Both the position numbers and the translations under genes were made by a program. The notes under the pieces are model-generated. The model ran no database searches, had not been told where the DNA came from, and saw only the letters and a list, made by a program, of their open reading frames with translations. Below, in pieces: positions 1-10,907 of a DNA stretch of 37,884 nucleotides. Positions within the stretch are counted from its first letter, which is position 1; every line of letters begins with the position of its first letter. The stretch is taken from IMG/VR virus record IMGVR_UViG_2537562092_000002, positions 1 to 37,884 of that record. One strand, written 5' to 3'. Origin of the DNA: a virus (Duplodnaviria > Heunggongvirae > Uroviricota > Caudoviricetes).

Positions 1-396
1 GAAATGGACGAACAGTGGGGCTACGTCGGTGCTAAATCACGTCAGCGCTGGCTGTTTTACGCGTATGACAGGATACGGAGGACGGTTGTGGCGCACGTCT
101 TCGGTGAACGCACTCTGGCCACACTGGAGTGTCTTCTGAGCCTGCTGTCGGCCTTTGAGGTCGTGGTATGGATGACGGATGGCTGGCCGCTGTATGAATC
201 CCGCCTGAAGGGAAAGCTGCACGTTATCAGCAAGCGTTACACTCAGCGCATTGAGCGACATAACCTGAATCTGAGACAACATCTGGCAAGGCTGGGACGG
301 AAGTCACTGTCGTTCTCAAAATCGGTGGAGCTGCATGACAAGGTCATCGGGCATTATCTGAACATAAAACACTATCAGTAAGTTGGAGTCATTACC
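1..396 (+). mobile_element. IS1 right-hand end (partial; window starts inside the element)
   Basis: Sequence ends in the characteristic IS1 terminus ...cactatcagtaagttggagtcattacc at about 370..396; contains the insB 3' portion. Confidence 0.85.
4..381 (+). CDS. insB: IS1 transposase InsB, C-terminal part (5' end lies outside window)
   Basis: Translation [22 protein letters not shown]...[12 protein letters not shown] matches the well-known IS1 InsB C-terminus. Confidence 0.9.
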   Translation: MDEQWGYVGAKSRQRWLFYAYDRIRRTVVAHVFGERTLATLECLLSLLSAFEVVVWMTDGWPLYESRLKGKLHVISKRYTQRIERHNLNLRQHLARLGRKSLSFSKSVELHDKVIGHYLNIKHYQ

Positions 397-1059
397 CAAA
401 AACACACCTCAATATAATTGAATTTAAGAAAGCACCATTCAATCACTTACAGGAAGTAATCTGATCTTCACAAAAGTCAGCTATCGAATAGCCACAGGCA
501 ACACCGCTATTGATACCCCACACACCATAAGAAGATTATTCCATACAGAAAAAATTATATTTACCCATACTTATAAACTGTAACGGAGCTATGACGTACG
601 AACTAAAGACACTACACTCTAATAGAGTTCTGGTACCTAACCAGTGTTAAATACGAACCAGACATACATTCTATGGATTAATTTTCTCAATATTACGCTA
701 TGAGTGTAGTAACATAATTTACACCACCACACTGTAGTTAGTATATGGGGAGACATTACGATAAAAAGAGATAAGTTATACCACAGATACCACCACACAA
801 TACCATAACTCCCATTAATAATACTAATTAACCTAAATTATTTATTGAACACGAAAACAATGAAGGCCCCACCTCACCTCAGACTAAAGCCGACAATATC
901 CTGAGCAACAGGATATCCAATAGTAAATAGTGGTTACACCAGTTATATTTACTGACTGACCTGTACCAGAGTTTTCTAATACAACGCTGACATGGTAAAG
1001 GCATTAGTCTCCTCCGCAAGTAGCAGAGGAGACTATATGTTAGTCAACGATTAAGTTGT

Positions 1060-2511
1060 TCAGAGGTCAAAGTTAGGTGCGACACACAACGTTTTTCCCT
1101 CAATAACCGGTACAACTCTGTTTTGTTCATACAGTAAATCCAGTAACCAGTTGATTTTATCCTTTTTCCGGAAACGGTTCGGACCACGCTGTAAAATGTC
1201 ATTTTTTTTCATACAGAGGATCCCCTTCTCAATGCAATAGCTTTTTATCCAGTTGAAAAGTTCAAGCTCCTCTGGAATGAGTCGCACAGGTACGGTCAGG
1301 GCAGGGTTGTCAAAAGTTAACGGATTAGACAACCGCACATACTCATTACCGTACCATATTGCTAATTCTCTCGCCATTTCTGCAATGTAAGGGGAAATCT
1401 CCCCCTCTTCACCGCTCGAATGGTAGATAAGTCCTGCAAGTCTTGCCATATACTCTGCATTTTTAGCAGCATATTCCCGGCAATGTCTTAAAGGCCCAAA
1501 TCCCCCCAGCTTCGATTCCACATCGTTGTAATAATCCGTCCAGATTCTGGCAGCCTGAGGAGAAAAGTGAAGGCAACGTCGTTCACCACTCATCGCCAGA
1601 CTTTCATCAATAAGCTCATTGATCCTCTGTTCAAACAAATCCTGATACTGTGATGAATAATTATCTCCGGTTATTATCCTTGTCCCCTGCGTTGATGTTG
1701 GTTGACACATCAAAAACCTTGCATGATGTCCTGACGTTTTCACAAGTTCTTTTTTTCGCGTACAAAAACCTTTGTGGTAAACATCAGGCTGAATCATCGC
1801 CGACATCGTCAGTCTTGGCTCCTTCAAATTAATTCCGGGAGATGATTTCCTGTCGATGAAAAGAGAACCTCCATCCCACAAAGTGTTAATAATTCCCAGT
1901 TTACTCATGGCCCGGCTGTCAAAAATTACCCCCCCTTCACTGGATACAAGAGCAAAAGAACGATTGCTATCGGAGTAATATTTTAACATTCCCTCTATCG
2001 TTGTCTCATTAAAAATTGTTCGACGTATCTGCGGCGGAACAGGAGACTTATTCAGATGCGTTTCAAGCTCTGATTCTGTTGCCTTGTAATCTTTACCGGC
2101 ACGAATCTCTTTATGAAATTTTGATTCCAGCGCTTTTTGTTTTTGCTCCCATATTTCCTTTTCTGTGCTGTAATTCTCAACCAGTTTCGCGTATTCTTCC
2201 GCCAGGGCTTCATCCCTGAGATAAAATGCTTTCATAAACACTTTATCCACGGTCGTTTTCCTTTCACCAGAATCAGCCAGAATCAGAGAGTAAAGATTAA
2301 CAGGCCCACGTAAATTTCCAGGTCTGCACACGTCAATCTGATTCTGACAGGCAATTGAGATCGCTGTTAATGCGGATGTCGCCACCATAGCCAAAGGTGC
2401 CTGTGTATTTTTTTGAGTTTCAATTATTGCATTTCTCACCAGCGGTGGTAGTGCATATATCGGATAAGGATTTTCTGGTGCAAGTAAGCACATAAAAGCC
2501 TCTCTTTTCAT
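1060..2511 (-). CDS. DUF3987/YfjI-like protein of P4/CP4-type islands (putative primase-helicase-associated)
   Basis: 483-aa ORF immediately downstream of an AlpA-family gene, the typical AlpA-DUF3987 module of integrative islands. Family assignment is from memory, not a search. Confidence 0.45.
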   Translation of the reverse strand: MKREAFMCLLAPENPYPIYALPPLVRNAIIETQKNTQAPLAMVATSALTAISIACQNQIDVCRPGNLRGPVNLYSLILADSGERKTTVDKVFMKAFYLRDEALAEEYAKLVENYSTEKEIWEQKQKALESKFHKEIRAGKDYKATESELETHLNKSPVPPQIRRTIFNETTIEGMLKYYSDSNRSFALVSSEGGVIFDSRAMSKLGIINTLWDGGSLFIDRKSSPGINLKEPRLTMSAMIQPDVYHKGFCTRKKELVKTSGHHARFLMCQPTSTQGTRIITGDNYSSQYQDLFEQRINELIDESLAMSGERRCLHFSPQAARIWTDYYNDVESKLGGFGPLRHCREYAAKNAEYMARLAGLIYHSSGEEGEISPYIAEMARELAIWYGNEYVRLSNPLTFDNPALTVPVRLIPEELELFNWIKSYCIEKGILCMKKNDILQRGPNRFRKKDKINWLLDLLYEQNRVVPVIEGKTLCVAPNFDL

Positions 2512-2741
2512 TAATGGGTTAGTAAAGTAGCAGCAACTCCCGCTATAATAGCGAAATAGCTGCTGTTCAGACCTAATGTTCTGAGAAATACAGAATATCT
2601 GTAGATCTGATGTTTAATAAACCGATAAGGTTAATTCAGTTCATACTGTGTTATTTACCACGAAATATCATTCATGTTTCTCATTCTTAACACCTCCTAA
2701 AATTATTTCACTAACACCTTCCCCCCGATCTTTTTCCTTTC

Positions 2742-2969
2742 TCAGGAATCAGCCAGAACCATAGTGTAAATATTAACGGGCCCACGTAAATTTCCGGGGT
2801 TGCACACGTCAATCTGATTCTGACAGGCAATTGACATCGCTGTTAATAATGATGTTGTAGTCATAGCCAGAAATGCTTTTTCATTGTGTTGAGTTTCAAT
2901 TATTGCATTTCCAGTCATTGATGGTTGCGCATATACTGGATACGGAGTATCCGGTTTGATGTAAGACAT
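2742..2969 (-). pseudogene. Truncated paralog of the DUF3987-like gene (N-terminal ~75 codons only)
   Basis: Translation ...NAIIETQHNEKAFLAMTTTSLLTAMSIACQNQIDVCNPGNLRGPVNIYTMVLADS parallels residues ~20-85 of the 1060..2511 product; the frame stops after ADS while DNA similarity continues a few codons further. Confidence 0.6.
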
Positions 2970-3074
2970 AAATATTTCCTTTTTTCGTAATAACTTTCGG
3001 TTATAGCAGCTATTTCCGCTACAATAGCAACAATAGCTGCTATACAGACTGGATATACTGAAAATACAGACAGT

Positions 3075-3323
3075 TCATCTGGTCTGTATCCAGCAGAGAA
3101 GGTCACTTAACAACCATCCGCAAGATTTCTTTCCGATAGACTTACGTGGTGGAAATGTTCCCTCCCGTTCAAGTTTCCACGCTTGTGTACGAGAAATTGA
3201 CGTGATCTCATATCGTTCCTTTTCACGTACCAGTCTGTCGCATTCAATCCCATAAGCTTTCAAAATGACCAGACGCTGTTCATCTGTTAATGGAAGCCAC
3301 ATACTACCCTCCTGATATATCAA
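3075..3323 (-). CDS. alpA: AlpA-family phage/island transcriptional regulator (HTH)
   Basis: C-terminal ...ITSISRTQAWKLEREGTFPPRKSIGKKSCGWLLSDLLCWI resembles the AlpA/Vis DNA-binding fold; it precedes the DUF3987 fragment. Confidence 0.6.
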   Translation of the reverse strand: MIYQEGSMWLPLTDEQRLVILKAYGIECDRLVREKERYEITSISRTQAWKLEREGTFPPRKSIGKKSCGWLLSDLLCWIQTR

Positions 3324-3992
3324 TACTTTTTATTTCCGGCATGAGCATGAAATGACTAAGTTTCCCGGATAAACAATGAGTGAAAGTCACTATCATTCAT
3401 CCAGTCAACACCTTACAAATAAAATGTAATACTATGATTTTTATAGGTCAAAATACTGAATTGAAATGTTAAAATGGCTTTTAATAGAAAAAATAAAGAC
3501 ATATAGAACCAAATAAAAACAAGCCGCGACCAATAAAAACAAAAATTAATATTAAAAATCCATTATGACGATTTTTGTTGACTAAAATTAGGTTGGGATA
3601 TATAAATAAATCCATGTAAAATTCAAACAAAGCATGGAGGAGTCGCAGGAAGGTGAAATATTTCCATCTAATTTGTGATAATCATCACAAAAATAAGCTA
3701 CAACAAGCGGAGGAAAAGACAATCTGTTGCTGAACAGACAGAAGCAGGCTACGAATGATCGGAAAATGAAGCAAATACGCTTATACAGAAGACGCAGAGG
3801 TAACTGACGGAGACAATCACAATCAGGAGAAAATTATCGTAAATAATGTATAAAATCTCAGGATATAAACAAATGTACACAAGCTATCCACGTAATCAGC
3901 GGCTGGCTCAGGATTAACGTTTCATTTCAGTGGACAACATCGATTCTGTCTGACAGCGGACCAATATGTAGCAAGCAGAAACTTCTGACATC

Positions 3993-5612
3993 ATGGTAAC
4001 TCGGACAATGCAACAAAAGTATCAGTATGATCGTGTTTTATCCGGCGAACTCCACCCATTCCCTGGCATATACGAGGCGGTTTCCGAACAAATCCTTTTG
4101 CTCATTTTTAAAGCACGTCAACTATATCAGGATCCAGAATATCGCCCCTGGTTTGAAGAACAGCACAGAGTACTCTCTGCATTACGTGCCAATACAGAGC
4201 TCCTGAGAATCTTTAGAGAACAAAGAAGCGCTGAAGAACCAAAGCTTACTATTGAAGAGTCTACCTCTCCCCAACCCACTCCTTCTGCTCTTACAGATGC
4301 GCTTAATGTGATGTGCCATTTATACAATGGTTTTGATGAAGGAAATATCAGTCTGAAAACCTGGGGGGCGATGCAAGAGGTACAGACAACATCAACCTTT
4401 ATCAGCCCAGGACCGAGAACCTGGAAAACACCTGAACTGGCAAAGTTTGTAGGAGATGATTTATTTAATATTCTGACTGAATGTAAAGCTTGGAGTTCAC
4501 CAATTCCAGCAGAAGCCCGGCAGGGGTATTGCCATCAGGATCTGTCTGTTGCGCACTCCTGCACCTCAGAGTTGCTGGCACACCTGAAGCAGTATCATGA
4601 AATAGATGAATCAACAATACTTGCCATAACCATTGGTCTGGCGGTTAACGAATTCTACCAGAATAAGCAAAATATTCCAGAATGGCTTTCCTGTTTTGAG
4701 AATAAGAACAAATGGCCCTGGGACTGCAGGAAGTCAGATACTGAAGATGTGCACAGACTGAGAGAACGACTATCGATAATCGGATGTACAGAATTCGTAA
4801 AAAATATGTTTTCAGTCGCCAGTCAGCGTGAAATACAGACAATGTACAATATTTATGTCCATATTTATGCAGCTGAAATCTGTGGTTGGGTAAAAACAAG
4901 CATGGCGTATTTTAAACCAACAGATTTCATCCAGTACACATGGAAATTCGCAACAGTTACTCCGGATAAAGATGAAAAAACCGAGAATACGACCGCATGG
5001 GAAAGGGATTATTGTCAGATAACCATACAACGAGATGAACTCCTTAGATTGATTCGCACTAATACTCTGCAGGATGCCGCAATTCATCTTTCAGGCTGCC
5101 TGCAATATGCATATCTGGAGTCAGTAAAGCATGATATTGACTATCCAGGAATAGCCCCTAATGCTGAAGAAAAGAAAATGAAACACACAGATTCTATTGA
5201 ATTTTCTGGAATTCGGAATAACATCATAAATGCAGTAAAACGGCTGGAATCATTTGAAAAATGGTATGAAACTAATAAAGTTTTGTTGGTAAGTAATAAA
5301 AAAATACGAACAGAGAAGATTGACGTTGTTGTACGACTTGCGGGACTGAAAGCCTATGATTTGCAGGAAGGGGTTCCGGATGGTCTGAAATGGAAAGTTA
5401 AAGATGGCATAAATGAACGCATCAAAACCGATACCAGTTTATGCCTGCCTCAGGATATCAGTGATACATCGCTAAACCGTTATCGTCACGCTGTGACGCG
5501 CATTGTCAACAACGAAATCGACACATTACTGATGGAACAGAAGAAAAAAATAAAAGATTCCCCTACAGCAAAGATCGACATGCGATCCAACCTTTATGGA
5601 GCAAATGTTTGA
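3993..5612 (+). CDS. Hypothetical protein, 539 aa, AT-rich cargo gene
   Basis: Long uninterrupted ORF preceded by a ~670-bp AT-rich intergenic region; no motif recognised by eye. Confidence 0.5.
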   Translation: MVTRTMQQKYQYDRVLSGELHPFPGIYEAVSEQILLLIFKARQLYQDPEYRPWFEEQHRVLSALRANTELLRIFREQRSAEEPKLTIEESTSPQPTPSALTDALNVMCHLYNGFDEGNISLKTWGAMQEVQTTSTFISPGPRTWKTPELAKFVGDDLFNILTECKAWSSPIPAEARQGYCHQDLSVAHSCTSELLAHLKQYHEIDESTILAITIGLAVNEFYQNKQNIPEWLSCFENKNKWPWDCRKSDTEDVHRLRERLSIIGCTEFVKNMFSVASQREIQTMYNIYVHIYAAEICGWVKTSMAYFKPTDFIQYTWKFATVTPDKDEKTENTTAWERDYCQITIQRDELLRLIRTNTLQDAAIHLSGCLQYAYLESVKHDIDYPGIAPNAEEKKMKHTDSIEFSGIRNNIINAVKRLESFEKWYETNKVLLVSNKKIRTEKIDVVVRLAGLKAYDLQEGVPDGLKWKVKDGINERIKTDTSLCLPQDISDTSLNRYRHAVTRIVNNEIDTLLMEQKKKIKDSPTAKIDMRSNLYGANV

Positions 5613-5715
5613 TCGAGCAGTAGAGTACTGAGGGGATAACCGTTCTGTTATCCCCTGTTTATTCTGCCAACTCTCAGGTCTGTCAGAGTTCCAAGAACAC
5701 GATGCGGCTGGCAAA

Positions 5716-6312
5716 TTATGCGGCTTTTCCATTAACAGATTCGGCCACAAGAACAACACCGTGTTTATTTCGATCAGGATGTTCACTCCAGATTTCTGAT
5801 TCAGGAATACTTTCCCCGTCATAGCAGATCCGATCGCCATCAAACGGATAATACCGTGCGGAATCAGTATCTAAAATAAACACTTTCAGATTCGTTGAAC
5901 GACGCGCTATATGCTGCCAGAGAGCTTTACCTCCTTCATATTGCTCGTTATCACTTAATAGTATAACGCCCGCTTTTGTGGCTATCGTTTCATATACAAA
6001 CGTCGCAAGGCCAACATCACGTACAGCACCATCAACAACAATCCCTTCAATCTGGGCAACGTCCTGCTCTTCCCAGAATTTCCGGACAAACACCCCTTCA
6101 AGCTGTGAGCGACGCTGAAGCTCCAGAGTGGCAACAACTTTATGGCGAATATCACCATCAATAACAGAAGGTGCAGCTTCGATTACCGCAGCGAACGGAG
6201 TCTTTGGATCCCAGATGATCTGGTAAAGCACGCCCTGAATAGTTACTCCATCCAGTATCGAAAAACGACGAGCTACAGTAGCAGGGGAGTAAGGCATTGG
6301 AATGACAGCCAT
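5716..6312 (-). CDS. Hypothetical protein, 198 aa
   Basis: ORF convergent with the 539-aa gene, located between the island remnant and attL; no recognised motif. Confidence 0.4.
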   Translation of the reverse strand: MAVIPMPYSPATVARRFSILDGVTIQGVLYQIIWDPKTPFAAVIEAAPSVIDGDIRHKVVATLELQRRSQLEGVFVRKFWEEQDVAQIEGIVVDGAVRDVGLATFVYETIATKAGVILLSDNEQYEGGKALWQHIARRSTNLKVFILDTDSARYYPFDGDRICYDGESIPESEIWSEHPDRNKHGVVLVAESVNGKAA

Positions 6313-6605
6313 TTTATGGCCTAAAATTTGAAAACATCAGTATCAATACTGACCTCATCAGTCTGAGCATATATTGATAAAGTTTTTATGTTTACACTCA
6401 ATAAATACCTTACCAAACAACTAATAGCGATGTCTACATTGCCATTCGACATGCTTACAATTTTTGTCAACAAGAAAGTGAATTTATATCAACGGTAAGA
6501 AGTAAACACGAGGACACCAAAACCAAATGTACACACTTTTGTGCTTTGTGTCCCCTGTGTGTACCCAAATGACAAACTGCAAGAAAATCTAGGCACACAC
6601 TTATC

Positions 6606-6668
6606 TAACTTATTGATTTAAATGGTGCCGATAATAGGAGTCGAACCTACGACCTTCGCATTACGAAT
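6606..6668. repeat. Prophage attL: 63-bp direct repeat containing the 3' 46 nt of thrW
   Basis: taacttattgatttaaatggtgccgataataggagtcgaacctacgaccttcgcattacgaat is identical at 36424..36486. Confidence 0.85.
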
Positions 6669-7315
6669 TATAAGAATCCGCTTCTAATTCAAAGCATTAC
6701 CCTATCAACACTGCGCTCACAAGTCCCACCACATCAAAACATGTAAAGCCTTGCAAGCCATTGCTAGGCCTTATGTGTCTCAGTTTTGTCCCACTACGAC
6801 CCGCATAACCAATAAGAAGATTGCAGTGATGTCAAACGACACAGCAGCCTTCTTTTCCTTCATACTTTCCCCACCCAGCATGCATATCTTCTACCATAAC
6901 TGTAGTGAATGTCTGTTATGAGCGAAGAGCGGACTTGAGACTATTGTAAATGAAAACCATATAATTTTAACCGGCAGAAACACATGAGTAATTTTAAGGC
7001 TAATTAGTTATCTGGGAGATGAGGGGCAAAGCACGATATCGTACACCAATGGAATAACCTTATGATTAATATAAATATAAAAGGCAGAAAGTCTTCCTCA
7101 AAATGGCTTGAATCGGGTGCATCTGTCTGCGAAACGATTTTTTAGACGTTTTTATCGCTTTCAGTTCAGTTTTCCCCTCGAATCCAAGTGACAAAGCCGA
7201 TTTAGTTTTCACACATCCGTACAATGTGCATCCCTCGATGAGCCTTTTCAGGCAAAGTTACGGGGATGCTTGATTCATTTAAACTGAGTTAGTACAACTT
7301 AATTAATAATATCAT

Positions 7316-8362
7316 TTATGCTAGAGTTGAATATTCTCCATTTCCTCGGTCGGTGAGTGTTAATTCGCGGCCATTTTCTGTAAATGTAATGGCATCCAGC
7401 AGGCTTTTTCCTGTTACAGCTATACCATATCCAAGGTTATCAATCTTTGAACTGTCCTCAGATGATATTGGTATTTGTACAAGCATACCAACAACAAGGC
7501 CGTATTTGTTAATTATAGGGCCACCGCTATTCCCCCCCTTAACCCTAGCATTGAATAATAAAAAGTCTTGTGAATCTAAGTAAGAGTGACCAGAACCAAC
7601 AATTCGCCCCTTTGACAGTCGGACAAACGAATTTATATGCGAAACGTCATATAACTTTAATGCATCAAATCCTGGAATGGGTGGAAATCCTATTGATAAA
7701 ATTTCATCCAGTACCGAGGCTTTGGTTGAGACCTTAAGTGGTTGAATATTATCTTCATTCGGAATGGTTGTGAAAACTAAAGCGATATCAATACGTTCAT
7801 CGTTAGATACAAAGATTTTATGTATTGGTAAAGCCTCACCACCAGCTCTAAGTATCCTGATACTCTTCATGTCTTCAATAACATGTCTGGCTGTAAATAT
7901 CGTGTGGTTATTCCCAACAATAAAACTAGTACCAAGATCATGTGAACCATCACTTTTTTCAACAACAACAGGTAAAACGGAAGGACTAAGGCGGTCTATG
8001 ATTGACTCAAATCCATCAGCTATAAAATCATACTTTCCATATTTCGCATCTGATTCATTGAAATTCGGTGCGAAATAGCAACGGTCAAAAAGAGTATGTC
8101 CTGAAGACAATTCCATTAAAATACCTTCAGTTGCTAGCTTTTCACAATTGCGTATTAACTTCATCATATCGAGAGTATTTTCCCACTCAGGTTTGAGACG
8201 GGTCAGGCTCTCAATTGTTTTTCTCTCTTTTACGTTATCGTTTTCCGGTTTGTCATAAAAATATTTCACTATTTCTGTTGGTGTTACATATGTTTTTTTT
8301 ATAGTCATTTTTGTACCCGCGATGACGTTATTCCATATATTTTTCTTTGTAGAAAATATCAC
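7316..8362 (-). CDS. Cytoplasmic trypsin-like (S1/chymotrypsin-fold) serine protease domain protein with ~130-aa N-terminal domain of unknown function
   Basis: His/Asp/Ser triad motifs in canonical order: TARHVIED, DIALVF, GGNSGGPI (GDSGGP-like). No signal peptide. Lies in AT-rich cargo between attL and the invertase. Confidence 0.55.
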   Translation of the reverse strand: MIFSTKKNIWNNVIAGTKMTIKKTYVTPTEIVKYFYDKPENDNVKERKTIESLTRLKPEWENTLDMMKLIRNCEKLATEGILMELSSGHTLFDRCYFAPNFNESDAKYGKYDFIADGFESIIDRLSPSVLPVVVEKSDGSHDLGTSFIVGNNHTIFTARHVIEDMKSIRILRAGGEALPIHKIFVSNDERIDIALVFTTIPNEDNIQPLKVSTKASVLDEILSIGFPPIPGFDALKLYDVSHINSFVRLSKGRIVGSGHSYLDSQDFLLFNARVKGGNSGGPIINKYGLVVGMLVQIPISSEDSSKIDNLGYGIAVTGKSLLDAITFTENGRELTLTDRGNGEYSTLA

Positions 8363-8771
8363 TATTGCTGGTAAATGTTAAGTTCAGTGCTCGCACTAAA
8401 GCTGGATGATCAACGTCGCCCTCGTATGGAAATCAGGTAAGATTCATGTCTACTTGGGGTCTAGGGTAGACAGCATAAAAACGTACGATAGCGTTCGATT
8501 GGCTCTCACCCCCGCCTATAAACCATGAGGTTGATAGGGTAGTATCGTTAGGCAATAGTATACATGTAAGTATCCAACCTAATTGGTCTTGAGATTTCTA
8601 ACTAACGTGTCGTTATGTCCGCTTTTGGCACATAGCAGCCCCAGAGACAGTGGTGTAAAGTCATGGAGGGTCGGTGGGAGGATATTCAGTTTCATTCATG
8701 CCGAAATACGGTAAAATCTATAATAGATGGAAATCATTCAATACTCGCACTATCGAAAGTCCACCAGCCAG

Positions 8772-8808
8772 CCACAGCACGTTCTTGCATACAACGTGCC
8801 TGCGGTTT
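8772..8808. repeat. Hairpin-forming repeat, copy 1 (upstream of the GIY-YIG gene)
   Basis: ccacagcacgttcttgcatacaacgtgcctgcggttt; about 33/37 identical to 9793..9829; inner stem gcacgtt/aacgtgc. Confidence 0.6.
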
Positions 8809-8900
8809 TTGAGACCGGTCCGATCATCAAACGAAACATAAAATTAGCTCACACTATGAGGAAAAGTATCTTTTTTTACTATGTAAATTCAAAGGATTAG

Positions 8901-9770
<870 letters not shown>

Positions 9771-9792
9771 GTCTTTAAGTGATAAGCATAAA

Positions 9793-9829
9793 CCGCAGCA
9801 CGATCTTGCATACGACGAGCCTGCGGTTT
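9793..9829. repeat. Hairpin-forming repeat, copy 2 (between the convergent GIY-YIG and invertase genes; possible bidirectional terminator)
   Basis: ccgcagcacgatcttgcatacgacgagcctgcggttt; outer stem aaccgcag/ctgcggtt; direct repeat of 8772..8808. Confidence 0.55.
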
Positions 9830-10419
9830 CATTTATCTCCGACCGGAAACATCTTATACAGTGTCGATACACCAACATCATAGATGATCGCTACCTTCTG
9901 GCGAGGAATTCCTGCTGCAATTAATCGTCCGGCCTGCTCCCATTGTTCTGGTGTAAGTTTGGGGCGACGTCCACCAATTCGTCCCTGTGCGCGAGCAGCT
10001 TCCAGTCCAGCTTTTGTTCGTTCAACAATCAGTTCACGCTCCATTTCAGCCAGGGCACCCATCACATGAAAGAAAAAGCGCCCCATTGGGGTACTGGTAT
10101 CAATTGAATCCGTCAGACTACGAAAGTTGATGCCTCGTTCGCGCAACTCCTCCACCAGCACGACAAGATGCCGCATACTGCGCTCCAGCCGGTCCAGTTT
10201 CCAGGCCACCAGCGTGTCACCTGCCGATAATGTCCTGAGCAGTTTTTTCAGTCCCGGCCTTTCGGACTTTGTACCGCTTATCTTGTCTTCAAAAATCAGC
10301 TCGCATCCTGCACAGTTCAGCGCATTACGTTGTAGATCTGTGTTCTGGTCATTTGTTGATACACGTACATAGCCAATAAGCATGTTAAATCCCCCTGGTA
10401 AAAGCAGGAATGATGCCAT
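9829..10419 (-). CDS. Serine-recombinase DNA invertase (Pin/Gin/Hin/Cin family); likely true start at MLIGYVRVST (~10383)
   Basis: MLIGYVRVSTNDQNTDLQ...GRRPKLTPEQWEQAGRLIAAG is the classic resolvase/invertase catalytic domain plus C-terminal HTH; adjacent to an invertible tail-fibre segment. Confidence 0.85.
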   Translation of the reverse strand: MASFLLLPGGFNMLIGYVRVSTNDQNTDLQRNALNCAGCELIFEDKISGTKSERPGLKKLLRTLSAGDTLVAWKLDRLERSMRHLVVLVEELRERGINFRSLTDSIDTSTPMGRFFFHVMGALAEMERELIVERTKAGLEAARAQGRIGGRRPKLTPEQWEQAGRLIAAGIPRQKVAIIYDVGVSTLYKMFPVGDK

Positions 10420-10907
10420 TTGCTTGTTATTTCTTCATTTTCATAAACGTTGGTTTGGGAGAAGGTGCTCCAGCTATTGGCGTTCCGTTCTTCTGGCCGT
10501 CCGCTGCAATGCCAAATACTGTAATCGACAGCTGGTCCAGTATGGTGTTTTTGAAGTTCAACGGGGCGAAATTTTCTGCCTCTGATTACCCTGTGCTGGC
10601 AGAAGTGTTTCCTTCGCTGGTATTACCTGAAGCCCGCGGTGATTTCATTCGTATCTGGGATGACGGGCGAGGTGCCGATGGTGGTCGCGAATTATTAAGC
10701 TGGCAGGAAGCTACAAACTTTTCTCAGTTTGCCGGGAATATAGGCGGAGGTGCGGGACACGCAATTAACTTTCATGATGGCATCGCCGGAAATCAGCCAG
10801 GGTTTTCACGATTTAATTTCACCAGTAACTCTGTGGGTGATGGTGTGAATTTTGTTGCTGTCAGACCGCGAAATATTGCATTTAACTTTCTTGTGAGGGC
10901 TAAATAA
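10410..10907 (+). CDS. Alternative tail-fibre C-terminal variable segment (Sv'), promoterless in this orientation
   Basis: Frame runs through the gix site (..NVGLGEGAPAIGVPFFWPS..); PFFWPS-type motif typical of Mu/P1/P2 fibre tips; no independent start expected. Confidence 0.55.
   Translation: MMPFACYFFIFINVGLGEGAPAIGVPFFWPSAAMPNTVIDSWSSMVFLKFNGAKFSASDYPVLAEVFPSLVLPEARGDFIRIWDDGRGADGGRELLSWQEATNFSQFAGNIGGGAGHAINFHDGIAGNQPGFSRFNFTSNSVGDGVNFVAVRPRNIAFNFLVRAK
10438..10463. other. Invertase crossover site (gix/hix-like), left boundary of invertible segment
   Basis: ttttcataaacgttggtttgggagaa fits the TTnTCnnAAACCnnGGTTTnnGAnAA pattern of hix/gix sites and is an inverted repeat of 12260..12285 (about 20/26). 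Confidence 0.65.

Noticed and set aside
404-1059. 650-bp AT-rich, low-complexity stretch between the IS1 end and the DUF3987-like gene, examined for CRISPR-like or tandem repeat structure
   Set aside because: No regular spaced repeats or convincing ORF are visible; it looks like decayed island DNA. No CRISPR array was seen anywhere in the window.
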